This document shows positions 10,142 to 19,030 of a stretch of 64,000 nt of DNA, one piece after another; the stretch's first letter is position 1, and the number at the start of each line of letters is the position of its first letter. A model generated the notes under the pieces. The model had not been told where the DNA came from. It searched no databases and worked only from the letters and a program-made list of their open reading frames with translations. Origin of the DNA: Kiritimatiellia bacterium (lineage in GTDB: Bacteria > Verrucomicrobiota > Kiritimatiellia > JAAZAB01); assembly GCA_040767085.1 (NCBI GenBank), contig JAXGPF010000007.1, positions 160,001 through 224,000 of the forward strand, in the 5' to 3' direction. The translations under genes were made by a program, and so were the position numbers.

Positions 10142-12151
10142 TCAAGGTTGGACGGCCGCCGACTGCAAATACCGCTGGATGTTATGCAAGCGGAACTCCA
10201 GGTTGAAAAGGCGGGAGTCAATGTACTCCGGCAATTCTTCCGGCCGGTAATACGGCGCCAGGGCGGCGGCCAGTTTCTCCCGCCAGCGCGCGCATTGTTC
10301 CAACAATCCCGGGATGCGCGCCAGGCAGGCATCCAGGCTGACCCGCTCGCCGCGGCGCGGCAGGCGATCGTAGTGCAAATTCGACAGTGATTTTTCCAGG
10401 CCGAGGGCCTGGTCGGCCATCTCCGCGCGGAAGAGATCGAACTCGCACCAGAGCTGCAACATCGCAAAATGTTCCCGGCCGCGCCTGATTTGCGGCTCGA
10501 GTACACTCAAGCAATTGCGGGCATAATGCGGATGGACGCCCATGTACCGGTAAATTTTGGCCACTTCCGCGGCCGCCGCCGGCGCCCCGAACAGGCGTCC
10601 GGCGGCAATGGCCGCAAAATCCTCGAAGCGGGTGGCGGGCGTCCACAGGTACTGGGCGGTGGCGGCCATGGCGTCGAGCGCCGACAGCCAGGGGCTGTAG
10701 GGCGGACGCGAGCCGCTGCTGCGCGACCAGGACGAAATGACCACCCCCTGCAATCCGGCGCCGGCGGCGTAATCGGCCCAGTTGGCGATGTTGTTGATCC
10801 GGTCAATAATATTGGGCTGACCGAAATTCCAATCGCACTGCCCGCTGCGGGCGGCGCCTACGCCCAGCACGCGGTAGCCCTGGCGCATGAAATATTCCGC
10901 ATGGGCGGACAGCTTGCCGATACCGGTCGCCGAATCCGGCTGGAGGTATTCCCGCGCGAATTCCACGGCCTTGGGTCCGGCATTTTCAAGGTAATGCTCC
11001 GCCAGCACCGGCATTTCGGGATGGTCGGCGCAGTACTTCCGGGTGTAACGCAGCCGGCCGTTCCAGGCCATGCGCGGGCTGCCGCGCGAGGTCGGCAGGG
11101 TATATATCCACTCGCACAGGATAATATCCTTCGGCAACCGGGCGACCTGCTCGGGTGTATCGCTGCGCCAGAACATGTCGCACCACATCATCGTCTGCTT
11201 GCCCCGCGCCTGCAGATGCCGGTGCATTTCCTCCACCTGGGCGCAAAACACATCCAGCTTGGTTTCGCCGCGCTGCAGCCGCTCCCTGCAACGCGGGCAG
11301 GACGCCAGGCTCCAGGTTTCATCCGCGCCGATGTGGAAGTATTGGTCCGGCCCGTGCAGGGCCAGCACCTCGTCCAGCATGGTTTTAACGGTTTGGACGG
11401 CATCAGGATTGGATGGACAGATTTCACTGACTTCCTCGCCCTCGCGCAACGCCGCAAACCGGTCGTGCTTCAGGACGTAATTCAAGTGGCCGTGCGTCTG
11501 CACCAGCGGGATGACGGTCATGCCCGCGGCCCGGCAATGCCGCAGGAAGGCATCCCATTCCTCCAGCTTAGGCGAACCGGGCAGCGTGATTTCGGGCGCG
11601 AAACGGAACGGGAAGCGGTCTTCATACTCCAGCAGCAGCGCGTTGATTTTCCAGCGGATCAGCCGGTTGGTGAAGTCGTATAAGCCCTCCAGCGACGGCA
11701 GGCCGCCCTTGCAATCCAGGTGGTAGCCGCGCAGGGCGATATCCGGATAATCCGCGATTTCGGCGCAGGGCAAACGCCCGCCGCAGATTTCCGCCAGTTG
11801 CAGCAAAGTGCGGAAGGCGTGCGCAAACCCGGCGGAGGCCGCCGCGGCGATAACCACCCCGTCCCGCTCAATGCGCAGCGCATAAGCCTCCGGCCGGCAC
11901 GCCGCCGGAACCGGCATCGTTCCTGGCAAAACTGCCGCGCCGGCCGTTGTCCCCAGCGCCAGGCGGCCGTCCGGCGCCGGCCGGCGCCGCGGCTGAATGC
12001 GCAGGGTGGCGCAAAATGCATCCAACAGGCTGCCGGCAGCGTTTTCCGGTACAGCCGCCTCCCCCAGGGCGCGGACATCCAGAAAACCATCCTTCCGACA
12101 CAATGATTTCGGCGCGGGCAGCAGGCGGATCTGATCGGCATTATTTTGCAT
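10142..12151 (-). CDS. GH20 beta-N-acetylhexosaminidase
   Basis: LLPAPK, EAYALRI, IADYPDIALRGYHLD, IPLVQTHGH, YFHIGADE catalytic D-E pair, MWCDM. Confidence 0.9.
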   Translation of the reverse strand: MQNNADQIRLLPAPKSLCRKDGFLDVRALGEAAVPENAAGSLLDAFCATLRIQPRRRPAPDGRLALGTTAGAAVLPGTMPVPAACRPEAYALRIERDGVVIAAAASAGFAHAFRTLLQLAEICGGRLPCAEIADYPDIALRGYHLDCKGGLPSLEGLYDFTNRLIRWKINALLLEYEDRFPFRFAPEITLPGSPKLEEWDAFLRHCRAAGMTVIPLVQTHGHLNYVLKHDRFAALREGEEVSEICPSNPDAVQTVKTMLDEVLALHGPDQYFHIGADETWSLASCPRCRERLQRGETKLDVFCAQVEEMHRHLQARGKQTMMWCDMFWRSDTPEQVARLPKDIILCEWIYTLPTSRGSPRMAWNGRLRYTRKYCADHPEMPVLAEHYLENAGPKAVEFAREYLQPDSATGIGKLSAHAEYFMRQGYRVLGVGAARSGQCDWNFGQPNIIDRINNIANWADYAAGAGLQGVVISSWSRSSGSRPPYSPWLSALDAMAATAQYLWTPATRFEDFAAIAAGRLFGAPAAAAEVAKIYRYMGVHPHYARNCLSVLEPQIRRGREHFAMLQLWCEFDLFRAEMADQALGLEKSLSNLHYDRLPRRGERVSLDACLARIPGLLEQCARWREKLAAALAPYYRPEELPEYIDSRLFNLEFRLHNIQRYLQSAAVQP

Positions 12152-13184
12152 GAGTGCGGCTCCTGGCAGGCGGTTGAGCGGTGGAATCGCGGATAATCAA
12201 AGCGGCTTCCAGCACGATGGATTCGGGCAGCAGTGCGCGCTGGACTTCATTGCCTTCGATCCAGGCCACCAGCAGCCGCGCGGCGGCATCGGCTTTTTCG
12301 TTCATCTTTACGCCGACGGTGGTCAAACGGGGGCGCACGGCGGCGGCTAAGGGCAAATCGTCAAATCCCACCACCGAGATATCCCGCGGGACCAGCAGCC
12401 CTAAATCGCTCAGGCCGGCGATGGCGCCGGCGGCGAATTCGTCATCCTCGCACAAGAGGGCGGTCACCCCGCCCCGCCGGCCGGAGACCGCGCGCGCCAT
12501 CTGCACGGCGCTGGCAAACGAATTGTTTTCCAGACGGACCGGCACGGCAAACCAGCGGGGCGCCAGGTCGTATTGCCGGCAGAGAACGGGGTAAGCGGCC
12601 TGGCGGCCGGGATCGGACTCGTTGTAGCCCAGGAAGCCGATGCGGCGATGCCCCAGTTCGTACAGATGCCGGAAGGCCTGGGTCAACCCGCTGACATTGT
12701 CCGTGGTCACCATGCGGACAGCGGGATCTGCCGTCACCTGGCGCCGGATGGTGACCAGTGGCAGCGCCCGCGGGAGTCCGGCGCAACGGGCAACCAGTTC
12801 GCGTTCGTGCTTGGCATACATGCAGATCACGCCCGCCAGGTGGGTAACATCCAGGAACCCGCCGGCGGCGGGGGCGGATGCGGTCAGGTCCACCATGACC
12901 GGCGTGTATCCCAGTTCCCGGATGCGCAGGGACAATTTTTCAATCAGACTGTAAGTGGCATAGGCGTTTTGCGGCTGGGTAGTGATGCCGATCAGCCGGG
13001 TTTTTTTGAGGCGCATTAACCGGGCAGCCGCATTGGGGACATAGCCCATCTCACAGGCGGCCGCCAGCACTTTCCGGCGCGTGCCCGGCGCATAGGAAAA
13101 GCCGTCGGCATTGCGCAGGATACGCGATACGGTCGTATGGCTGACACCCGCCTGGCGGGCCACATCCAGAATATTGCCGGGCAC
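12141..13184 (-). CDS. LacI-family transcriptional regulator
   Basis: ILDVARQAGVSHTTVSRIL HTH, YVPNAAAR, VPRDISVVGFDD, IIRDST; GTG start with AAGGGAG RBS. Confidence 0.95.
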   Translation of the reverse strand: MPGNILDVARQAGVSHTTVSRILRNADGFSYAPGTRRKVLAAACEMGYVPNAAARLMRLKKTRLIGITTQPQNAYATYSLIEKLSLRIRELGYTPVMVDLTASAPAAGGFLDVTHLAGVICMYAKHERELVARCAGLPRALPLVTIRRQVTADPAVRMVTTDNVSGLTQAFRHLYELGHRRIGFLGYNESDPGRQAAYPVLCRQYDLAPRWFAVPVRLENNSFASAVQMARAVSGRRGGVTALLCEDDEFAAGAIAGLSDLGLLVPRDISVVGFDDLPLAAAVRPRLTTVGVKMNEKADAAARLLVAWIEGNEVQRALLPESIVLEAALIIRDSTAQPPARSRTHAK

Positions 13185-13196
13185 TTGACGGCTCCC

Positions 13197-13252
13197 TTAA
13201 TTAACGTTTTATGTTAACGTGTGCATAGTAGCCAAAGCCGGAGCAGTGTCAA
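13197..13252 (-). promoter_or_regulatory. Sigma70 promoter of the LacI operon with adjacent operator-like sites
   Basis: Minus strand TTGACA-16 nt-TACTAT followed by GCACACGTTAACA and AAACGTTAA. Confidence 0.65.
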
Positions 13253-13522
13253 CCATAATTTTGGCGCAATAATTACGGCATATTGCGGCATATTTTGCAG
13301 TCCGGCAAATAAAATGCCCGTCGATCCCATGTTTTATCGCAGACTACGCTGGGATAAACGTTTAACAGTTAATTGGTTTTGATTTTGCCGGAAGAGGCTG
13401 TCCATCTGCCCCTCTGATCCCCTGCCCCTACCGCGCAAACAAACTGCTGAATTGATTTCTACCGGCGCTTGGTGTATCTTGTACGGACAGTTGTACAAAC
13501 ATGCATGCCAGTGACGAGCGGG

Positions 13523-14293
13523 ATGATGTCCGATCAAATGTATATCAACAGGGAATTGCAGGCCGGCAATCTCCGCCGGCTGCTGCAGGCTGGGGGCTTC
13601 CGGTTTATTGACGCTCAGACCCCGTGGTTTCCTTACACTTCCGGGCAAATTGGACCTTATTACGTTCAGAGCGTGGATATCGAAAAAGACGGCGAAGCCT
13701 ACGCCGCGGCGATCGAATCGCTGGCCCGGTTGATCCGGGACTGGGGGATTGAATTCGATGTGATTGCCGGCGGCGAAACCCGCGACTGGGATTTTTCCAA
13801 CCCTTGCGCCGCAGCCATGCGCAAGCCGCATGTTAAAATTTACAAGGACGGCCGGATGCTGGGCGCCGATGTCCGCGGCCGGCGCGTGCTGCACGTGGTG
13901 GACTTGAATAACGAGGGCTCATCCGTCCGCGATTACTGGCTGCCGCTGGTGACCCGCCGGGGCGGCCGGATGGCCGGCGTGGCCGCCTTTGTCGACCGCA
14001 TGGAAGAAGGCGTAGGCGTCATGCGTGAACTGGGGCTGCCCCTGGCGGCCGTGGCGCCCCTCGATCAGGCCGCCTGGCAAATCGCCCTGGACGGCGGCTA
14101 CGTTTCCCTTGCGACGCATGCCGACCTGGTGGCGCGCCAGCGCGATCCGCTGGCCTGGGCGCTGGACCGCCTGGCCCGCCACCCCGAGCCGCTGCGCCAG
14201 ATGCTGCAAGACGCCCAAAACCGGAACAAGGCTTTAAAGATCATTGCATTTTATAAAAAACATCAACCCGGATTGGAGCGGCTGGCCGATTGA
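13523..14293 (+). CDS. pyrE: Orotate phosphoribosyltransferase
   Basis: FPYTSGQIGPYY, VIAGGETRD, VLHVVDLNNEGSS PRPP loop, FVDR; precedes dihydroorotase; start uncertain. Confidence 0.8.
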   Translation: MMSDQMYINRELQAGNLRRLLQAGGFRFIDAQTPWFPYTSGQIGPYYVQSVDIEKDGEAYAAAIESLARLIRDWGIEFDVIAGGETRDWDFSNPCAAAMRKPHVKIYKDGRMLGADVRGRRVLHVVDLNNEGSSVRDYWLPLVTRRGGRMAGVAAFVDRMEEGVGVMRELGLPLAAVAPLDQAAWQIALDGGYVSLATHADLVARQRDPLAWALDRLARHPEPLRQMLQDAQNRNKALKIIAFYKKHQPGLERLAD

Positions 14294-15258
14294 AAATTGA
14301 TCCACACGTGCATTGCCGCGACGGGCAGGAATCCTACAAGGAAACCATTGCCCATGTTTTCACCCTGTGCGACCAACAGGGCGTGGACATGATTTTCGAC
14401 ATGCCGAACACCGCGCCCCCGCTGCTGGCGGCGGCGGACCTGGAACGGCGCCTGGCCTTGGTCCCCCGCGCCGCGCGCGGCCGGTACAAAACTTTCATCG
14501 GCGCGACGGCCGACCCGGACCAGTTGCGCCAGGCGGCCGCCCTGGCGCGCGCCCACCCCGCCGATGTCGCCGGCCTGAAACTCTATGCCGGCCCATCCGT
14601 CGGTTCTTTGGCCGTCGGCGCGCCGGCGGCGCAAGCCCTGGTTTACCGCATCCTGGCGGAATGCGGCTTCACCGGCGTGCTGGCCGTGCACTGCGAGAAA
14701 GCCGCGCTTTTAAGCGATATTTTTAACCCGGCGCAGCCGGCCTCCCATGGCGCCGCCCGGCCGCCGGCCGCGGAAGCCGCATCCATCAACGACCAGGTTG
14801 ACTGTGCGCGCGCGGCGGGGTTCCGCGGCACGCTGCACATCTGCCATGTCTCCACTGCCGCCGCCCTGGACGCCATCCGCCGCGCCCGCCAGGCGTCGCC
14901 GGGGCCGGCCCTGAACATAACCTGCGGCGTCACGCCGCACCACCTGCTGTGGTCCGAAGAGCGGATGCAGGAGCCCGCGGGCCTGCTTTACAAGGTCAAC
15001 CCGCCGCTGCGGCCGGCGGCGGACACCGCCGCCCTGCGCACCGCCTTAAAACTCGGCGAGATCAACTGGATCGAAAGCGACCATGCGCCCCATGCGCTGT
15101 GCGAGAAACTGTATCCGCCCTATGCCTCGGGCTTTCCTTCCCTGTGCCTTTACCGCCGCCTGGTCGGGGAAATGCTGCCGGCCTGGGGGCTGGATGCCGC
15201 AACCATTAACCAAGCGACCGGCGGCAATATCCGCCAGGTCTTTCAAATGGAGCCATAA
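14290..15258 (+). CDS. pyrC: Dihydroorotase
   Basis: IDPHVHCRD, DMPNT.PP, VHCE, HICHVST, VTPHHL, KVNPPLR, SDHAPH. Confidence 0.92.
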   Translation: MKIDPHVHCRDGQESYKETIAHVFTLCDQQGVDMIFDMPNTAPPLLAAADLERRLALVPRAARGRYKTFIGATADPDQLRQAAALARAHPADVAGLKLYAGPSVGSLAVGAPAAQALVYRILAECGFTGVLAVHCEKAALLSDIFNPAQPASHGAARPPAAEAASINDQVDCARAAGFRGTLHICHVSTAAALDAIRRARQASPGPALNITCGVTPHHLLWSEERMQEPAGLLYKVNPPLRPAADTAALRTALKLGEINWIESDHAPHALCEKLYPPYASGFPSLCLYRRLVGEMLPAWGLDAATINQATGGNIRQVFQMEP

Positions 15259-15262
15259 AAAC

Positions 15263-16501
15263 ATGAAAATCCATGAACTCGCCGGCGTCAAGGTCGGCAT
15301 GTGCGTTTCAGGCGGACTGGACAGCCGCACCCTCGCCCATAAACTCCGGGAAACCGGCGTCAAGGTTTTGTGTTTCACGGCCGACCTGGGGCAGCCGGAT
15401 GAAACCGACATCCGCAATGTTGTCAAAAAAATGGCGCCATGCGGCGTGCGCACCATAATCGTGGACCTGAAAAAGGACATGGCGGAAGCCTGTTTCCAGG
15501 TGCTGAAAGCCCAGGCCATGTACGACGGCGGCTACTGGAACAGCACCGGCATTGCCCGGGCGGTGACCGTCCGCGGACTGTTGCCGGCCATGCGCCAGCA
15601 GGGCTGCATGGTGCTGGCCCACGGCGCCACCGGCCGGGGCAACGACCAGGTGCGCTTTGAGAGGTACACCAACGTGCTGGAGCCGAAAATGCGCGTGTAT
15701 GCTCCCTGGCGCGATCCGGAGATGTTGCAGGAATTCCCCGGCCGCACGGAAATGGCCGCCTACCTGAACCGGCATGGCATTCCGGCCTTTGCCGGCGGCC
15801 GGAAAAAATATTCCACCGACGCCAACCTGGCCGGACTGTCGCATGAAGCGGAGGACCTGGAAAGCCTGCAGACCCCCTGCACGATTGTCGAGCCGACCAT
15901 GGGCGTCTGGCCTGCCGCGGCGCCCAACCGCGCGGAGAAATTCCGCGTGCGCTTTGTCCGCGGCCGCGCCGCGACCGTCAACGGCAAAAAAGCCGATCCC
16001 CTGGCCATCATGCAGTTGGCCAACCGCATCGGCGGCCGGCACGGCATCGGCATGAAAAACGCCCTGGAAAACCGGGTGATCGGCACCAAGAGCCGGGGCG
16101 TGTACGAGGCGCCGGGCATGGAACTGCTCGGACGGTGCCTGGCGTTCGTTTACCAGGCGGTCATGGACCGCCGCGCCGCCGCCCTGTTCCGCCAGCTATC
16201 CGCGCTGGTGGCCGACCAGATATATGACGGACGCTATTTCGATCCGGCCACCCGGGCGGCGCAGGCGGCGATTGACGAATTGGCGCGGCATGCCGGCGGC
16301 GAGGTGGAAGTCGAGCTTTACAAGGGCAATATTCATTTCCGCCAGCTGACGGACTGCCCGGCCTCGTTATACAATCCCGCCGATTCCTCCATGGAAAAAA
16401 GCGAAGGGCTGAACCCGGTCAGTTCGCAGGGATTTATCGAGGTCCAGAGCGTCGAAGCGCGCAGCCTGGCGCGCGCGGGCCAGATTCGCGGACGGATTTA
16501 A
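15263..16501 (+). CDS. argG: Argininosuccinate synthase
   Basis: SGGLDS, AHGATGRGNDQVRFE, APWR, YSTDANL, ENRVIGTKSRGVYEAPG, LYKG. Confidence 0.95.
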   Translation: MKIHELAGVKVGMCVSGGLDSRTLAHKLRETGVKVLCFTADLGQPDETDIRNVVKKMAPCGVRTIIVDLKKDMAEACFQVLKAQAMYDGGYWNSTGIARAVTVRGLLPAMRQQGCMVLAHGATGRGNDQVRFERYTNVLEPKMRVYAPWRDPEMLQEFPGRTEMAAYLNRHGIPAFAGGRKKYSTDANLAGLSHEAEDLESLQTPCTIVEPTMGVWPAAAPNRAEKFRVRFVRGRAATVNGKKADPLAIMQLANRIGGRHGIGMKNALENRVIGTKSRGVYEAPGMELLGRCLAFVYQAVMDRRAAALFRQLSALVADQIYDGRYFDPATRAAQAAIDELARHAGGEVEVELYKGNIHFRQLTDCPASLYNPADSSMEKSEGLNPVSSQGFIEVQSVEARSLARAGQIRGRI

Positions 16502-16511
16502 CGGCGATTAT

Positions 16512-17594
16512 TCACGCGCCGTGATATTCATGGATCGGGCCGGCGCAATTGAAGATCACCGCCAGCAGCGCCGTGCGCGCCCACATGCCGTTGCGCACCT
16601 GGCGCCAATACACCGCCCGCGGATCGCGGTCAACCTCCACGGCGATTTCCCGGCGGCGCGGCAGGGGATGCATGACCACCGCCTGCGGCGGCAGGATTTT
16701 CAGATGCGCGGCGGTGAAATGGAACCTGGTCAAATCGATGCGGCCGCTCTCGCCGGCGGTCCGGTCCCATTCATCCTGGATGCGCGTCATGTACACGGCG
16801 TCCGCCTGCGGCAGAACCTTTTCGAAATCATCGCCCAGCGAATTTTCAACGCCCGCGGCGTCCAGCAGATCGAGGATGTCCCGCCCGATCTGCAGTTGGG
16901 GCGGCGCGATGAAATACTGGCGCACGCCCTGGTAGTTCGTCAGCAGGTAAGCCAGCGAGCGCACGGTCCGGCCGCGCGCCAGGTCGCCGACGAACACCAC
17001 CGTCTTGCCGTCAATCCCGCCGCGCTTCTCGAAACTGCGCTGGAGGGTGTAAACATCCAGCAGCGCCTGGGTGGGATGCTGGTCCTTGCCCGAGCCGGCA
17101 TTGATGATCGGCACCGGGCGGTCCGACTGGGAAAACGTCCAGGCCATTTTCTCGGCCAGCCCGCCCACGGCCGAGCGCATGATAATCACGTCGGCGAAGG
17201 AACTGAACGTGCGGATGGAATCCTCCTGGGTCTCGCCCTTGATTTCGCTGGAGGTGGCGGTATCCCGCACTTCCACCGTCTTCATGCCCAGCATCTGGCA
17301 GGCGGAATGGAACGAAAGAAACGTGCGCGAACTTGGCTGGGTGAAGTACAGCATGGCCGTCTTGTGGGAAAGCTGGGCGCGCAGGAAATCCATGCCGGCC
17401 TTGGTTTTGGCGATATGCCGGATGCGCGTCGCCAATTCGCACAAGTCTTCCAGCATGGCGCGGGTAAACTGCTGCGCCAGCAGCACGTGAAACAACCGGC
17501 CGTCGCGGTCGAACAGGCGCGCCTTGCCGCAAGGAGGCATTTGCGCCAACTGCTCCCACGTGAGTTCTTCCCTGCCCTTGCCCGTCTGGCACAT
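16512..17594 (-). CDS. pyrB: Aspartate carbamoyltransferase catalytic subunit (N-terminally extended)
   Basis: PSSRTFLSF, SSEIKGET, INAGSGKDQHPTQALLD, VGDLARGRTVRSL, YMTRIQDE, MHPLPR. Confidence 0.93.
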   Translation of the reverse strand: MCQTGKGREELTWEQLAQMPPCGKARLFDRDGRLFHVLLAQQFTRAMLEDLCELATRIRHIAKTKAGMDFLRAQLSHKTAMLYFTQPSSRTFLSFHSACQMLGMKTVEVRDTATSSEIKGETQEDSIRTFSSFADVIIMRSAVGGLAEKMAWTFSQSDRPVPIINAGSGKDQHPTQALLDVYTLQRSFEKRGGIDGKTVVFVGDLARGRTVRSLAYLLTNYQGVRQYFIAPPQLQIGRDILDLLDAAGVENSLGDDFEKVLPQADAVYMTRIQDEWDRTAGESGRIDLTRFHFTAAHLKILPPQAVVMHPLPRRREIAVEVDRDPRAVYWRQVRNGMWARTALLAVIFNCAGPIHEYHGA

Positions 17595-18596
17595 TTATTC
17601 CTCCAGGTCCGTCAAAGTTGCCACCATCACCGCCTTGATCGTATGCAACCGGTTTTCCGCCTGGTCAAACACCCGCGAAAACTGCGCCTCGAACACGTCG
17701 TCCGTCACCTCCAGCGCGCCGATCTCGCGGGTCAATTCCGTGTCCCGGTTATGAAAAGCCGGCAGGCAATGCAGGAAAATCACGCTGTTATGCTCCAGGT
17801 TGCCGGTCTGGCGCATGAGCGGCAGATTCACCTGGTACGGCATCAGCAACCGGCAGCGTTCCTGGAATTGCGCTTCCTCGCCCATGGAAACCCAGACGTC
17901 GGTGTAAACCACGTTGGCGCCGCGGACGGCTTCCGCCGGATCGCGGCATACCGTCACCGTCGCGCCGCTGGCCCGGGCCAACCGGCGCGCTTCCTCCAGG
18001 ACGCCCGGCTCGGGGACCAGCTCCGGAGGAGTGCAATCCACGAAATGCGCGCCGGCCATGGCGCAGCCGGTCATCAGCGAAGTGCAGACATTGTTGCGCC
18101 CGTCGCCGATAAACACCACCTTGATCCCCTTCAGCGCGTGAAAGTACTCGCGGATGGTCATCAAATCCGCCAGCGCCTGGGTGGGATGGAATTCGTCCGT
18201 CAACCCGTTCCACACCGGCACGCCGGCATATTGCGCCAGGATTTCCACCGTCGCTTGCTTGAACCCGCGGAACTGGATGCCGTCGTACATCCGCCCCAGC
18301 ACCCGGGCGCTGTCCTTGATGGATTCCTTTTTGCCGAGGTGAATGTCGCGGGCGCCGAGGTATTCCACACTCCCGCCCTCGTCCACCGCGGCGACGGTGA
18401 AAGCCGACCGGGTGCGGGTGGACGCCTTTTCAAAAATCAGGGCGATGCTCATGCGGCGCAGACGGTCGCCGCGGATGCCCAGCGCCTTCATACGCTTCAA
18501 CTGGTCCGCCAAATCCAGCAGCCCGATCATTTCCTCATGCGTGAGATCGGCCAATTTCAGCAGGCTGCGCCCCTTGAGTTTCAGTTTATTTTTCAT
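17595..18596 (-). CDS. argF: Ornithine carbamoyltransferase
   Basis: FEKASTRTR, NGLTDEFHPTQ, YTDVWVSMG, FLHCLP, QAENRLHTIKA. Confidence 0.96.
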   Translation of the reverse strand: MKNKLKLKGRSLLKLADLTHEEMIGLLDLADQLKRMKALGIRGDRLRRMSIALIFEKASTRTRSAFTVAAVDEGGSVEYLGARDIHLGKKESIKDSARVLGRMYDGIQFRGFKQATVEILAQYAGVPVWNGLTDEFHPTQALADLMTIREYFHALKGIKVVFIGDGRNNVCTSLMTGCAMAGAHFVDCTPPELVPEPGVLEEARRLARASGATVTVCRDPAEAVRGANVVYTDVWVSMGEEAQFQERCRLLMPYQVNLPLMRQTGNLEHNSVIFLHCLPAFHNRDTELTREIGALEVTDDVFEAQFSRVFDQAENRLHTIKAVMVATLTDLEE

Positions 18597-18628
18597 GCTC
18601 AACCAAACCTAAACGTTTGCATCAAAGC

Positions 18629-18671
18629 ATAGCGCATTATCGGGGTTTTGCAATGAATTTTTACGGCGGGG
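18629..18671. repeat. Degenerate 43-bp direct repeat, copy A (overlaps putative argF promoter)
   Basis: ATAGCGCATTATCGGGGTTTTGCAATGAATTTTTACGGCGGGG; 36/43 ungapped identity to 31172-31214; minus strand TTGCAA-16-TATGCT. Confidence 0.75.
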
Positions 18672-19030
18672 GTGGATGCGACGAATCGTTCCCGGAAGTG
18701 CTGCTGAAAACGAGATGCGCTGCAAAGAGCAAGTCGTTCGCATGGGAACGACTCAGTTAGCCGCCCCCAGACGGGACTGGCCGCCCTGCCAGGATTATGG
18801 CCACGCAAAGAAACTCGTTGAAACAAGTCAACTCGTATTATATTATATCTGCATTGTTCCGTCCGACGACCCGCCTCCTGCGAACGCCCGTTGGGCTGGC
18901 AAAGCACGACATTGGTTTTTTGCGGATTTTTTGTATTTACCTTGACACCCGATGCCGGAAAGTTCAAGATATTTGTGTCTGCTTGAACATACCAACATCA
19001 GGCAACTATACATTAAAAAGGTATTATAAT

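Noticed and set aside
3004-13300. tRNA-Cys as integration site for the LacI/GH20 cluster
   Set aside because: No duplicated tRNA 3' end and no integrase; only an 8-bp AATTACGG match, expected by chance
13380-13410. PyrR-binding attenuator upstream of pyrE (GCCGGAAGAGGCTG)
   Set aside because: Only partial motif similarity and no clear terminator/antiterminator
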